Shown: one piece after another, positions 48,059 through 58,320 of the stretch | How the letters are laid out: every line of letters starts with the position of its first letter | How positions within the stretch are numbered: the first letter of the stretch is position 1 | NCBI GenBank assembly: GCA_943356415.1 | Contig: CALREW010000001.1 | Span: 149,252-213,251, forward strand | Source: Candidatus Nomurabacteria bacterium | Lineage (GTDB): Bacteria; Patescibacteriota; Minisyncoccia; Phycocordibacterales; SBAW01 | Length of the DNA: 64,000 nt | Direction: 5' to 3' | Made by a program: the position numbers and the translations under genes | The notes under the pieces: generated by a model | What the model was told of the DNA's origin: nothing | Databases searched by the model: none | What the model saw: only the letters and a program-made list of their open reading frames with translations

Positions 48059-49103
48059 GTTCGATAAGAATGTCGCGGTAGCTTTCTATATCTTCAAGTA
48101 CCACACCCGCGCCGCGTGCAACCGCGGTGAGCGGATCGTCCGCAACATGCACCGGTATTTTAACCCACTCGGAAATTAAGCGATCTAAGTCTTTTATAAG
48201 TGCACCGCCTCCCACTAGGTAAATACCGCTCTTCATAATATCGGCAAGTATTTCAGGCGGCGTTGTTTCGATAACTTCACGCACCGACTCAACAAGCGTA
48301 TCGATAGACTGCGACACCGCTTCGCGCACATCAGAGTCCGTCACAATCACTTCGCGCGGCAACCCGGTAATAAGATCGCGTCCGCGTACCACCGCTTCAA
48401 GTGGTCGGTCGCCTTCAATCACCGCTCCGATAGCCATCTTTACATTTTCTGCCGTTTTCTCTCCTATCAATATTTTGAACTCCGATCGTATATGAGAAAT
48501 GATGTCCTGATTGAGTTTGTCTCCCGCGATTCTGAGATTTTTTGAACGAACGATGCCACCAAGCGAAATGACGGCGATATCAGTGGTGCCACCACCAATA
48601 TCGACAATCATTGAGCCGACCGCTTCTTTTACCGGAAGACGGATGCCGAGCGCTGCAGCCATCGGTTCTTCGATAATGTGCACTTCGCGCGCGCCAGCAT
48701 TCTGAGCCGCATCGCGCACCGCGCGTATCTCGACGTTCGTAATGCCGGAAGGCACACCCACGACAACGCGTGCGCCGAGCAGTTTTCTTCCTTCACCCTG
48801 CGCACGGTTCATCAAATATGCCAGCATTTCTTCGGTCACTTCGAAATCTGAAATAACACCGTCAACGAGCGGACGCACCGCAACAAGATGTCCGGGAGTG
48901 CGCCCCAACATTTCCTTTGCAGAGGCACCCACCGCAACAACACGGCCGGTCTTTTGGTTGACCGCCACGACTGATGGCTCATTGACTACAATGCCGCGCC
49001 CGCGCACATAGACAAGCGTATTGGCCGTTCCGAGGTCGATGCCGAGGTCGTTGCTCGCGAGGCTCGCTATTTTTTCACGCAGTCGTTTAAACATAGAGAG
49101 CAT
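48039..49103 (-). CDS. mreB: Rod shape-determining protein MreB
   Basis: Actin-like ATPase with canonical MreB motifs (DLGTANTLVYV, VDIGGGTTD). Confidence 0.9.
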   Translation of the reverse strand: MLSMFKRLREKIASLASNDLGIDLGTANTLVYVRGRGIVVNEPSVVAVNQKTGRVVAVGASAKEMLGRTPGHLVAVRPLVDGVISDFEVTEEMLAYLMNRAQGEGRKLLGARVVVGVPSGITNVEIRAVRDAAQNAGAREVHIIEEPMAAALGIRLPVKEAVGSMIVDIGGGTTDIAVISLGGIVRSKNLRIAGDKLNQDIISHIRSEFKILIGEKTAENVKMAIGAVIEGDRPLEAVVRGRDLITGLPREVIVTDSDVREAVSQSIDTLVESVREVIETTPPEILADIMKSGIYLVGGGALIKDLDRLISEWVKIPVHVADDPLTAVARGAGVVLEDIESYRDILIEHDDDLS

Positions 49104-50361
49104 CCTTCGTTATGGCAGCCGCATCGGGAAGAAGGAAACTCTCGCCCGTCTGTCGACGGACACATTCGAACTGTCCTGTTTCAATGGTTTTCTTTCCTAC
49201 CACAACGCGAAGCGGTATCCCGATAAGGTCTGAATCTGCAAATTTTTCTCCCGCGCGCATATCGCGCTCATCGTAAAGCACCTCGACTCCCGCTTTCATA
49301 AGATCAGCATAGAGTTCGTCTGCCTTTGCTTTAACTGCCGCGTCACCACCTGAGAGCTCGATAAGGTGTACCTGTGCTGGCGCAATAGATTTTGGCCACA
49401 CCATTCCCTTCTCATCTGCGAATGTTTCTACCGCTACTCCCATCAAGCGTGTCGTGCCGATGCCATAACAACCCATGATCGGGTAATAGTCGCTGCCATC
49501 CTCTGCTTTATATGTATAGTTGAGCGCTTTTGGATATCGCTGCCCGAGGTCAAAAACATTTCCAACTTCAGAGGCAACGGCTTTGGTGAGTTTTGAACCG
49601 CCGCACTTCGGGCAGTTCTCACCTTCCTTCAAATCACCGGCTACTTCGACGTTAGTGCAGTAATCGCACGCAGAACAGTAGAGGATGGTGTCTTCTCCCG
49701 CATCGGTTAGCACCATAAATTCATAGGAAATCTTTTCACTGAAGCTACCTCCAGAAGCTTCAGTGACTTTCGCGACAAGACCGGTGCGTGTATAGACACG
49801 CAAGTAGGCTTCCTTCGCGATTGCATAAAAACGATCGAAGTCTTCCTGCGACGTATGAAAGCTGTACATGTCTTTCATGCCGAACTCGCGTCCGCGCATA
49901 ATGCCGCTTTTTGCACGCAACTCGTCGCGATACTTCTGTCCAATCTGATAGACCATGAGCGGAAGCTCTTTGTATGAGCGCGCGTACTCACCAACAATAG
50001 GCGTGACGATTTCTTCTTCACTCTGCCCTATCGCATATTCCTTTTCGGTGCGGCTCTGTAATTTGAAAAGCACATCAACCCCGTCCCAACCGCCTGTCAT
50101 CTTCCACGGCTCGCTCGGATGGAGTGTTGCCATCCGCGTCTCTTGCGCGCCAATACCATCCATCTCTTCACGAACGATCGCTTCAATTTTGCGCAATGTT
50201 CGAAGCCCAAGCGGCAGCATCGAATAAACACCTGCCATTTCCTTATGAACAAAGCCTGCTCGTATCAAAAGCTGGGCGTTCTTCGCGACTTCATCGGAAG
50301 GAACTTCCCTGCGCGTCTTGGTAAATAGGTGAGATTGCTTCATACCCCTTTGTGAAGCCAT
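49087..50361 (-). CDS. proS: Prolyl-tRNA synthetase (short bacterial type without editing domain)
   Basis: Class II aaRS motifs and ProRS-like anticodon-binding region. Confidence 0.85.
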   Translation of the reverse strand: MASQRGMKQSHLFTKTRREVPSDEVAKNAQLLIRAGFVHKEMAGVYSMLPLGLRTLRKIEAIVREEMDGIGAQETRMATLHPSEPWKMTGGWDGVDVLFKLQSRTEKEYAIGQSEEEIVTPIVGEYARSYKELPLMVYQIGQKYRDELRAKSGIMRGREFGMKDMYSFHTSQEDFDRFYAIAKEAYLRVYTRTGLVAKVTEASGGSFSEKISYEFMVLTDAGEDTILYCSACDYCTNVEVAGDLKEGENCPKCGGSKLTKAVASEVGNVFDLGQRYPKALNYTYKAEDGSDYYPIMGCYGIGTTRLMGVAVETFADEKGMVWPKSIAPAQVHLIELSGGDAAVKAKADELYADLMKAGVEVLYDERDMRAGEKFADSDLIGIPLRVVVGKKTIETGQFECVRRQTGESFLLPDAAAITKDALYV

Positions 50362-50536
50362 TGTACGTTATGAGGCTCAGGGGTCAAAAGTCCTCCCATG
50401 GTGTAATTGGATCTTTCCTTAAGCCGCTCAATGACCCCAGATACAAGGCGTGATCGAGGAGCGAACTGAGACGTATCACGTATACGGCGAAAGAGCACCG
50501 CAGATCACAACGAAGTAGCTGGGGTTAGTCAGCGGC

Positions 50537-51634
50537 TTAGAAGAGCTTCAAAATATCGTTATAGGTAACTACCAACATCAACACGATTAGAAGTACGAAG
50601 CCAGCTCCATTAACCCAAAGCGAAACAACGGACGGTATGGGGCGTCGCATCACTGCTTCAACAACCACCATGACAAGCCTGCCTCCGTCGAGTGCTGGAA
50701 ATGGGATGAGGTTAATGATGGCGAGGTTGATGGATATGATGGCCGCAAGCATCAACACCGACACAAAGCCAAACTCAGACGCTTCACCCACAACTCCAAC
50801 AATCCCCACCGGACCTGCAACCGTTGAGAAGTCTGCAGAGCCAGTAACAACACCCGAGAAAAATCCCCACAGCCCAACCGCTGTGTCACGAAGAAGTCTG
50901 CCAGTGAGTATCCCTCCTTCTATAAGAGCAAGGTGAACTGGCAAACGACGTACTCCAACATCCTCAAGCATTACACCAAGCGCAGCTTTCCCTTCTACGA
51001 GCCCTTCAACAGGATGCATCGTTACCTTGCGCTCGGTCTCTCCACGCGCAAGTGTGAGCGTGAGATCTTCACTGCCATGCTGCGCGATAAAGTGACGTAC
51101 GTCATCTGCAAGCGCATCTTTTTCAAGAAACGCACCTTGTGTGGCTTCAATGCGCACCACCCGCTCTCCTGAAATAAGGCCAGACGTTTCTGCGGGAGAA
51201 CCCGGAGCAATGCCAAGTACCGTGACGTGCGCGTCGGTGACCACCCCTAGACCAGTGTCACTTGCTGCTGCAGGAAGGCCGACCATATATCCGACTGAAA
51301 GAATGAGCCACGCAGCAACGACGTTCATAAAAACGCCCGCAACGATCACTAGCGCTTGGATCCACCAGCTTTTTTTAGCAAAAGAACGCGCTGTGCTCTC
51401 TCCGGATGCATCAGCCTCCGCACCATCTTCACCAAATATCTTTACGAACCCTCCAAACGGCAACGCATTTATGGTGTAGTCCGTCTCGCCGTATCGGCGC
51501 CCCCACAGTCGGGGAGGAAATCCAATACCAAACTCATCGACACGTATTTTGAAAAGTTTTGCAACAGAAAAATGCCCAAACTCATGGACGAGGATGAGTC
51601 CGAGCAGTATTACGATAAAGAGAAGTATCGCCAT
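50537..51634 (-). CDS. rseP: RIP metalloprotease RseP (site-2 protease, M50)
   Basis: HEFGH zinc motif, PDZ domain, multi-TM. Confidence 0.85.
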   Translation of the reverse strand: MAILLFIVILLGLILVHEFGHFSVAKLFKIRVDEFGIGFPPRLWGRRYGETDYTINALPFGGFVKIFGEDGAEADASGESTARSFAKKSWWIQALVIVAGVFMNVVAAWLILSVGYMVGLPAAASDTGLGVVTDAHVTVLGIAPGSPAETSGLISGERVVRIEATQGAFLEKDALADDVRHFIAQHGSEDLTLTLARGETERKVTMHPVEGLVEGKAALGVMLEDVGVRRLPVHLALIEGGILTGRLLRDTAVGLWGFFSGVVTGSADFSTVAGPVGIVGVVGEASEFGFVSVLMLAAIISINLAIINLIPFPALDGGRLVMVVVEAVMRRPIPSVVSLWVNGAGFVLLIVLMLVVTYNDILKLF

Positions 51635-51637
51635 GCG

Positions 51638-52189
51638 TTAGGCTGATATCTCTGACTCCTTTTTCCTCAAAAGTTCTTCAAACATCTTTCCTGCGGCGTC
51701 TACATGCTTTTGCATTTCGTCGCGGTAGCGAAACTTCTCGTCTTCGCCGTATTCTTTTGCCTTCTCACGCTTATCGATGTCGCTCTGCACTTGATCACGT
51801 TCATGACGTAGTTGTTTGCGTGTCTCCTCAAGACGTTCCTTTGCAAGCTTCATCAACATATCCCGACGTTCGGAAGTTAGTTCTGGAAAGAAGACCCGGA
51901 CTCCCTTCTCATCAGCACCGACTGATACACCTAAATTTGCAGATACAATCGCGCGCTCTACTTCTTTACCATCCGCGGTATTCCACGGTGCGATACGCAA
52001 GGTTCGAGAGTCTTCTACCGTCACACTCGCCAACTGGTTTATTGGCATGCGCGTTCCATAAAGTTCAACCTGCACTCCATCGAGAATTGCCGGCGTTGCG
52101 CGTCCCGTGCGAATTCCTGAAAGTTCACGACCAAAATGTTCGGTTATTTCCGCGATGCGTGCCTGAAACGGTTTAAAGTCGTATGCCAT
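51638..52189 (-). CDS. frr: Ribosome recycling factor
   Basis: Full-length Frr. Confidence 0.9.
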   Translation of the reverse strand: MAYDFKPFQARIAEITEHFGRELSGIRTGRATPAILDGVQVELYGTRMPINQLASVTVEDSRTLRIAPWNTADGKEVERAIVSANLGVSVGADEKGVRVFFPELTSERRDMLMKLAKERLEETRKQLRHERDQVQSDIDKREKAKEYGEDEKFRYRDEMQKHVDAAGKMFEELLRKKESEISA

Positions 52190-52228
52190 AGATACAGATT
52201 ATAGATGATAGAAGATAGAAAGGAAGAA

Positions 52229-52576
52229 TTAACCCTTAACACGTATCAACCCCGCTAACATTTTTTGAACTTCAGAGAGTTTAGTAAGCACGTCCCCTAG
52301 AGTAACGTTTGGATACAACCGGGAGACCAAAATGAGCTGAGTCTCCGCCTCAGCTGCCGAGCCACTTGCGATATGTAAAAAATGTACGAATTCTTTCTTG
52401 GTTCCACGTTTAGCCCCCTCAGCAATATTAGATGGAATTGATACCGCCGCTCTACAAAGCTGCGATGCAAGACCAAAACGTTCGCTCTCAGGCAAATTGC
52501 GAGCTGTAAGATAAATATCTTTCACAACATCCATGGCTTTTCGCCAAACAATCAAATCTTTTACAGAATTCTGCAT
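52229..52576 (-). CDS. Four-helix-bundle protein (23S rRNA intervening-sequence protein family)
   Basis: Characteristic WxxA...SIPSNIAEG motif. Confidence 0.7.
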   Translation of the reverse strand: MQNSVKDLIVWRKAMDVVKDIYLTARNLPESERFGLASQLCRAAVSIPSNIAEGAKRGTKKEFVHFLHIASGSAAEAETQLILVSRLYPNVTLGDVLTKLSEVQKMLAGLIRVKG

Positions 52577-52616
52577 TGCGCGTGTTTCTATTTTCTATTT
52601 TCTGCCTTCTTCTTAT

Positions 52617-53315
52617 CTAGAGTTTATAGACCACATCCTTACGTTCAACGACGACCGGCCAGCCCATGCGCTGTGCGTAGCGATATAACTTTTTATTTGG
52701 ATTAAAAACCAGTGGCTTTTCTACCATTTCAAGGAAACTAATGTCGCTCTCGGTGTCACCCACCCCGACAGACCCCTTCAGCGTAAGACCTTCTTTCTCT
52801 ATCGCTCGCTTCACAATATTTGCTTTGTTGCCAATGAGGTGCAAGTCGAGCACCGCACCCGTAAAGCAATCGTTGGGTCCAACGTCGTACATCATGCCGT
52901 ACACCTTATGGAAGCCGAGTCGGCGTGCAAATTGGTCCACCACAAGTTTCGGTGAATGCGATATTGCGAGCATATAGTATCCACGCTCGCGGAGATTTCG
53001 TACAAGCGCTGCAGTGTGCAAATACGTGCGGAAGCCAAGACGTTCAACGAGACGTTTTCCCGCCCACTCAAGCTGACGATACTCAACTCCTTTTAAGTTG
53101 CGGACAAACGCTTGGACCGTTGCGCCAACATAGGCTTCATAATCGCCTCGCCGATCGAGCCAGGCTTCTTTTTCTTTTTGATACGTTCCACGCACCGATG
53201 CGTCAAAGACTCCTGCTGCAATAAGTTCTTCTACCAGCTCAATAAGAAGTGAGGAGCGAAAGATGGTCCCATCGATATCGAATATCGCAACTTTCCTCAC
53301 TGGCTTCGTAGTCAT
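52617..53315 (-). CDS. HAD-superfamily subfamily IB hydrolase; start placed at MTTKPVRK
   Basis: FDIDGT (motif I), GVGDTESD (motif IV). Confidence 0.65.
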   Translation of the reverse strand: MTTKPVRKVAIFDIDGTIFRSSLLIELVEELIAAGVFDASVRGTYQKEKEAWLDRRGDYEAYVGATVQAFVRNLKGVEYRQLEWAGKRLVERLGFRTYLHTAALVRNLRERGYYMLAISHSPKLVVDQFARRLGFHKVYGMMYDVGPNDCFTGAVLDLHLIGNKANIVKRAIEKEGLTLKGSVGVGDTESDISFLEMVEKPLVFNPNKKLYRYAQRMGWPVVVERKDVVYKL

Positions 53316-53329
53316 CAAGGTAAGTATAG

Positions 53330-54019
53330 CTAATGCGCCTTTGTGCGAAATACCTTCCCCGCTTTTGGATATATGGTAACAAGTGGGTCCTTTGAGGTGT
53401 CGTAGGCTCGTGCCGGAGCAATGCGACGCCCGTAGTAGATGACGCGGTGGGTAAAATGTGGCCATTCTTTCTTTGGGAGCATCTGCATCAAGTCTCGCTC
53501 GATGCGAACTGCATCTTTGTAGTCAGAGAGATCGAAGCGGTGCACAAAACGTATGACATGCGTGTCTACCGTGATACCACCGCTTTCACCATACAGGTCG
53601 CCGAGGATAACGTTGGCCGTCTTACGACCCACGCCAGGTATTTTTATCATCTCCGGAAGCGTGGTCGGCAGCTTCCCCTTCAAATTATTCTTTACGTATT
53701 TTGCTGCAGCAAGAATGTTGCGCGTCTTTGCATTTGCAAAAGTGACTGAGCGTATAAGTTTTGAAAATTCTGCCGGATCAGCCACGCAATAGTCGTTGAG
53801 TGTTTTATAGCGTTTAAAAAGCGCCGGAGTCACCCGGTTTACCATTTTATCCGTGCACTGAGCAGACAACTGTACTGCAACCATAAACTGCCATGGCGTT
53901 TTATAGACCAATTCGGTTATGGCTTCAGGGAACAGTTTCTTTAGAGCCTTATCAAGCTTCAAAATACGAGCCTTTCGCTCGGCTAACTTTTTGCCCGTCA
54001 TGGCTAGCTTGCTGGGCAT
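53330..54019 (-). CDS. nth: Endonuclease III; start placed at MPSKLAMTGKK, as the track ORF extension to 54826 is antisense of the GC-rich gene
   Basis: HhH-GPD motif and C-terminal 4Fe-4S Cys cluster region. Confidence 0.8.
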   Translation of the reverse strand: MPSKLAMTGKKLAERKARILKLDKALKKLFPEAITELVYKTPWQFMVAVQLSAQCTDKMVNRVTPALFKRYKTLNDYCVADPAEFSKLIRSVTFANAKTRNILAAAKYVKNNLKGKLPTTLPEMIKIPGVGRKTANVILGDLYGESGGITVDTHVIRFVHRFDLSDYKDAVRIERDLMQMLPKKEWPHFTHRVIYYGRRIAPARAYDTSKDPLVTIYPKAGKVFRTKAH

Positions 54020-54050
54020 AATGACTAGATAGTACTCCACCTCGGATCTA

Positions 54051-54079
54051 TTGACACAGTGGCAGAGTCGGTCTATAGT
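54051..54079 (+). promoter_or_regulatory. Near-consensus promoter TTGACA-N17-TATAGT driving GC-rich ORF 54158
   Basis: Read directly. Confidence 0.6.
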
Positions 54080-54157
54080 CTTTTTTGGTTCGCTTCTCAG
54101 ACCTGGCAACCGCCAATTTCCCCGAAATAAAGGTCTACCATCGCGAAAGGACGTCCT

Positions 54158-54817
54158 TTGACCAAGACCGCCCCGTTCACTGCCCGTCTCCACGCTGCCA
54201 TGGCTGCTGACGGTTCCACTATCCGCCCGCCCGAGCTGGGCGCCGGCATCAAGACCAAAGGCTACCGCGCCTACGGCATCGTCCCGCACAACCTGCGCGG
54301 CCTGACGGCTTTCCACCATGAGACCCGCACGGCCGTCAACGGCATGCTGGACGAGGCCATGCGCATCAGCGCGGACTGCCTGAAGGGCAACTGCGCCTGC
54401 AAGGCCGGCACCTTCGATGTGGTGAAGTTCGCCGACGAGCTCGCGCTCCTGACCGGCGACCTGACCAAGATCGATGGCATCCTGCTCCCCGAGCTGGCGC
54501 CTGCGCTCAACGGCCTCGATCTGAACTTCACCCAGTACGTCATCGGCGACGACTGGTCCATCAAGGCCCCGGCCGACGCCATGCGCAAGCAGAACCCGCT
54601 CGCGATGTTCAGCGAGATGCTGTTCGGCGATGCTGCTGGTCGATCGCCCTTCGGTCGCGGTCGTCGCGAGCGCAACGACGACATGATGGTCGAGGTCATC
54701 GAAATCGGCGGCATGCGCGGTGGTGGCTCGCCCTTCGGTGGCGCCACCACGCTCCGCGATCTGCTCGGCCGTCTCCGCGGCAGCCGGCGTCACGATCAGT
54801 ACGCCGGCTCGGCGTAG
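54158..54817 (+). CDS. Hypothetical protein (GC-rich island, about 66% GC), TTG start with AAAGGA RBS
   Basis: ORF with Gly/Arg-rich C-terminus; followed by terminator. Confidence 0.4.
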   Translation: MTKTAPFTARLHAAMAADGSTIRPPELGAGIKTKGYRAYGIVPHNLRGLTAFHHETRTAVNGMLDEAMRISADCLKGNCACKAGTFDVVKFADELALLTGDLTKIDGILLPELAPALNGLDLNFTQYVIGDDWSIKAPADAMRKQNPLAMFSEMLFGDAAGRSPFGRGRRERNDDMMVEVIEIGGMRGGGSPFGGATTLRDLLGRLRGSRRHDQYAGSA

Positions 54818-54855
54818 CCTCCTCAACCTCTACTCGGCGCGCCTCGCGCGCCGGT

Positions 54856-54886
54856 GGAAGCGCCCCCTTTTCGGAGGGGGCGTTTT
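54856..54886 (+). terminator. Hairpin AAGCGCCCCC-ttttcg-GAGGGGGCGTT plus TTC
   Basis: Read directly; resembles hairpin at 5706. Confidence 0.55.
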
Positions 54887-54920
54887 CAATTGCAGGAGAC
54901 TTTTAAGTTTGCAAGGAAGA

Positions 54921-56003
54921 TTATTTCTCTAACTTTCCAATGCGTACTCCGATAAGGCGCACTTTTTTCTTACGAGGATTCTCGCGTCGATCAAAAAACG
55001 GCAATACTAACTTGATGGCACGCATCTCAAGATCTTTGACTGAAGAGAGCGGCTCGTCAGCTGTGACCGCTCGCGTATAGGTGGCGAAGTCTTCAAAACG
55101 GACTACGATGCTTACGTTGCGAAACGCGGTGAATCCATCTTTGTGCATACGTGAAATAACTTCTTTCGCCTCCCGCTCGATAACCACAAACGCATCGCGC
55201 ACGTCAGAGATATCGACGTCGAGCGTTTCATCAACACCGATAGTTTTTGCATCAACTTCTACCTCCGCAACCTCACGATCATCCCTCCCCCACAGTCGCT
55301 CATAGAAGGTAAAGCCGAAACGCCCAAGCAGACGCTCACATTCTTGCCAGGAAAGTTTGCGTGCATCCTCAACCGTTTTAATCCCTCGACGATTAAGGAG
55401 TTCTTCTGTCTTTCTGCCAATACCTGGAATAACTGAGACAGGGAGCGGCGCAAGCAACCCTTCGACTTCTCGCAAGCGCACAACAAAAAGCCCATCTGGT
55501 TTGGCACGCTCACTTCCAAACTTCGCGAGCATTTTGTTTGGAGCAACACCGATTGAAGCGGGTAGTTTCGTTTTTGTGCGTATCTCACGACGAAGCTTCT
55601 TCATTGCCGCTTCTGCCTTTGCAAAACTGCGAAGGCTCGAGAGGTCTATATATCCTTCGTCCACACTCGTTTGTTCAAGCGAAGGGTAGGTACGTCGAAC
55701 AATGTCGAACACTTCACGCGACGCTGCACCATAGCGTCCAGACTTCGGCACAATAAATGCGACGCCAGGTTTACCCTTCGCTCGCGCTTCTTCAGAAAAT
55801 CTCCATGCGCGGCTAATCGGAATAGCAGAGCGGATACCATATTCGCGTGCCAAATAATTTGCCGTCGAAACTACACCACGGCCAGTGCCACCAGCCGGGT
55901 CTGCCCCTACGGCGATAGGTCTTCCGCGCAAATGCGGCTTGTCACGCTCTTCTACCGAAGCAAAGAAAGCGTCCATATCCAGATGTGCGACGATGCGCGC
56001 CAT
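54921..56003 (-). CDS. dinB: DNA polymerase IV
   Basis: HLDMDAFFASVE Y-family N-terminus. Confidence 0.85.
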   Translation of the reverse strand: MARIVAHLDMDAFFASVEERDKPHLRGRPIAVGADPAGGTGRGVVSTANYLAREYGIRSAIPISRAWRFSEEARAKGKPGVAFIVPKSGRYGAASREVFDIVRRTYPSLEQTSVDEGYIDLSSLRSFAKAEAAMKKLRREIRTKTKLPASIGVAPNKMLAKFGSERAKPDGLFVVRLREVEGLLAPLPVSVIPGIGRKTEELLNRRGIKTVEDARKLSWQECERLLGRFGFTFYERLWGRDDREVAEVEVDAKTIGVDETLDVDISDVRDAFVVIEREAKEVISRMHKDGFTAFRNVSIVVRFEDFATYTRAVTADEPLSSVKDLEMRAIKLVLPFFDRRENPRKKKVRLIGVRIGKLEK

Positions 56004-56022
56004 CTACGCAGTGTACGGGTTT

Positions 56023-56664
56023 TTACTTTTGGACGGGCACCACCAGCGCCAGGTGCTCGAGAATCATCTTGACCGAAGGAGAAGGACCCATCAGGTAGGA
56101 GCGCATTTGAGATAACTCAGTTAGAGCGTGGCGTATTGGTGCTTTTTTTATATCTTTGCGTAGCAGCGATTCGAGTCCATCAATAAGTTCGCGAGCTGCA
56201 TGCTTTTCTTTATCCTCAACTACTTTTGAAATAAGTTTGCTGCGAGCCGCAGGTGCTGCAGCAATAAACTCCTCTGCCAATCCCTTTTCAGACTTCTTTG
56301 TCGGAAGTGCAATGGCAACAAGTCGCGAACGCACCGTGGCAATAAGAGTTCCGTGTGGCACAAGAAGCGCAAAATGCGTATCAGCCGTTGGTTCTTCGAG
56401 CGTCTTTAACAGCGCGTTCTGTGCTTCGCGCGTGAGCGATTGCGCAGCAATCACAAATAATTTCTTTCCTCCTGCGCTTGAAAGTGAAGCAAGTGCAGTG
56501 AGCTCTCGTGCGTCATCAACTCCAAGATTCTCGAACTGACGCACGTGTATATCAGGATTGTGCGCGGCAGAGAGTCCAAGCTCACGTACAAGCAGAGCTG
56601 CGAGTTCTTTGCTACGCATTGGTGACCCATATGCGACATAGGCATGATGCTGAGAAAGCGACAT
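56023..56664 (-). CDS. holB: DNA polymerase III delta-prime-like AAA+ subunit (short); start placed at MSLSQHH
   Basis: LLKTLEEP sensor motif. Confidence 0.5.
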   Translation of the reverse strand: MSLSQHHAYVAYGSPMRSKELAALLVRELGLSAAHNPDIHVRQFENLGVDDARELTALASLSSAGGKKLFVIAAQSLTREAQNALLKTLEEPTADTHFALLVPHGTLIATVRSRLVAIALPTKKSEKGLAEEFIAAAPAARSKLISKVVEDKEKHAARELIDGLESLLRKDIKKAPIRHALTELSQMRSYLMGPSPSVKMILEHLALVVPVQK

Positions 56665-56758
56665 ACAAAGCATTCTACCAAAATGAAACGCCGGCCTGGG
56701 AAGGCCGGCGGCGCCGAATGGCGCGAACTTCGGGGGAATCAACCGTTTCTTCTTGGAG

Positions 56759-57145
56759 TTAGCGGCCCTTTCGGAGATCCGCCAAACTCTCCTCTACCTG
56801 CTCCTTGTGGTAGAGGATGAAGTCCTTGAAGGCGGTTTGGCCGCCCCGCTTGAATTGTTCTTCTCCGTGTAAGACGAAGTTGAGGGCCAAGACGATCACG
56901 TCGAGATCGCGTTGTTCACCCTTCCAGCCGCACAGGTGCTGGTTGTCCTCGTTTTCCGCCATGCACAGCAGCTGACGTTTGAGCGTGAGTAGTTTCGCTC
57001 GCGTCATGTCGACAGTGAACAGGTCAAGCGCCTTGCGTTGCTTGACCCACCCCTGCTCTTCCGCGGTAGTCGTCTGCGCCTGGCCGGAAGCGACCAGAAA
57101 CAGTAGTGCAGCCACAACCAAAGTCGCGGCACGCATTGGGTTCAT
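56759..57145 (-). CDS. Hypothetical secreted protein (GC-rich island)
   Basis: Signal peptide MNPMRAATLVVAALLFLVASGQA; GGGAGG RBS. Confidence 0.4.
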   Translation of the reverse strand: MNPMRAATLVVAALLFLVASGQAQTTTAEEQGWVKQRKALDLFTVDMTRAKLLTLKRQLLCMAENEDNQHLCGWKGEQRDLDVIVLALNFVLHGEEQFKRGGQTAFKDFILYHKEQVEESLADLRKGR

Positions 57146-57267
57146 TTCTGCCTCCCGACCGCTTCTACTGGCACAAGGCGATTGCCTGTCCTAGAACGGT
57201 CTGCCAGGTATAAGACTACAGCTACACTAGGTCGTCAATACACCCTTGTTGATAGTCAATGTTGCCT

Positions 57268-58281
57268 CTACCTCTTAGCAATAATGGAGCGCTTATACGT
57301 ATCGAGGTGCTCGAGAGCGATGCCAGTCCCCTTCGCTACACAATAGAGCGGATCTTGAGCAAGTTCAGCGCGTACGCCGGTGCGGCGCAAAACAAGTTCA
57401 GGAAAATTGCGCAACTGACTCGTGCCACCCGTCATGATGATGCCATAGTCGATGATATCGGCCGCAAGCTCTGGCGGCGTCTCTTGCAGAACATCGCGAA
57501 TCGCTTTGATTATCTCGCGCAATTCACGACCAATTGCTTTTACTATTTCGTTGGTGCGGATTTCAGTCTGACGTGGAAGCCCGGTGATAAAGTCGCGTCC
57601 TTTAATGATCATCGCGAGCTCTTCTTCAACCGGCACCGCGGAACCAACCTGTATTTTTATTTGCTCTGCCGTCTTGTCTCCAATCGCAAGGTTAAAGGTC
57701 TTCTTTATATAGTCAGCGATAGCGTGATCAAGCCTATCGCCCGCACACTTCACCGACGTTGAGGCGACGATGCCGCCGAGAGAAATCACTGCGACGTCAG
57801 TGGTTCCTCCACCTATGTCGACAATCATATGTCCGCGTGGTTCTTGGATGGGAATACCTGCGCCGATAGCGGCAAGCACCGGTTCTTTAACCACATACGC
57901 GTTTCGCGCACCCCCCTTTATCGCCGCCTCAACAACTGCGCGGCGCTCAGTTGATGTAACACCTGCCGGCACCGATACCATTACTTCAGGTTTAAAGAAT
58001 GAGAAGCGTCCCATCGCTTTGCCGATAAAGTAACGCAGCATCGCCTGCGTCACGCGATAGTCCGCGATAACCCCGTCGCGCATCGGCCGATACGCGATAA
58101 TCTCGTCCGGCGTGCGGCCGATCATTTCCTTTGCTTCAAAGCCAACCGCAAGAATGCGCTTATCTATTTCTGAAATAGCGACAACTGAAGGTTCGTTGAG
58201 GATGACACCTTTACCGGGTACGAATACGAGTGTATTTGCAGTGCCTAAGTCGATTCCGAGTTTTGGAGAGAAAAACGACAT
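57268..58281 (-). CDS. mbl: Second MreB paralog (Mbl/MreBH-like)
   Basis: Full-length MreB-like with all actin-fold motifs. Confidence 0.85.
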   Translation of the reverse strand: MSFFSPKLGIDLGTANTLVFVPGKGVILNEPSVVAISEIDKRILAVGFEAKEMIGRTPDEIIAYRPMRDGVIADYRVTQAMLRYFIGKAMGRFSFFKPEVMVSVPAGVTSTERRAVVEAAIKGGARNAYVVKEPVLAAIGAGIPIQEPRGHMIVDIGGGTTDVAVISLGGIVASTSVKCAGDRLDHAIADYIKKTFNLAIGDKTAEQIKIQVGSAVPVEEELAMIIKGRDFITGLPRQTEIRTNEIVKAIGRELREIIKAIRDVLQETPPELAADIIDYGIIMTGGTSQLRNFPELVLRRTGVRAELAQDPLYCVAKGTGIALEHLDTYKRSIIAKR

Positions 58282-58320
58282 ATCGGAGACATCATACAGG
58301 ATTTACTACGAAGCTGAGAA

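Noticed and set aside
50362-50536. T-box leader upstream of proS
   Set aside because: No T-box consensus (AATTAGGGTGGNACCGCG) or specifier/antiterminator arrangement found on the transcribed strand.
54020-54826. N-terminal 270-aa extension of the nth ORF (track ORF 53330..54826)
   Set aside because: The extension is GC-rich antisense of the 54158..54817 gene with Ala/Gly/Arg-rich low complexity; the Nth homology begins at MPSKLAMTGKK (about 54019).
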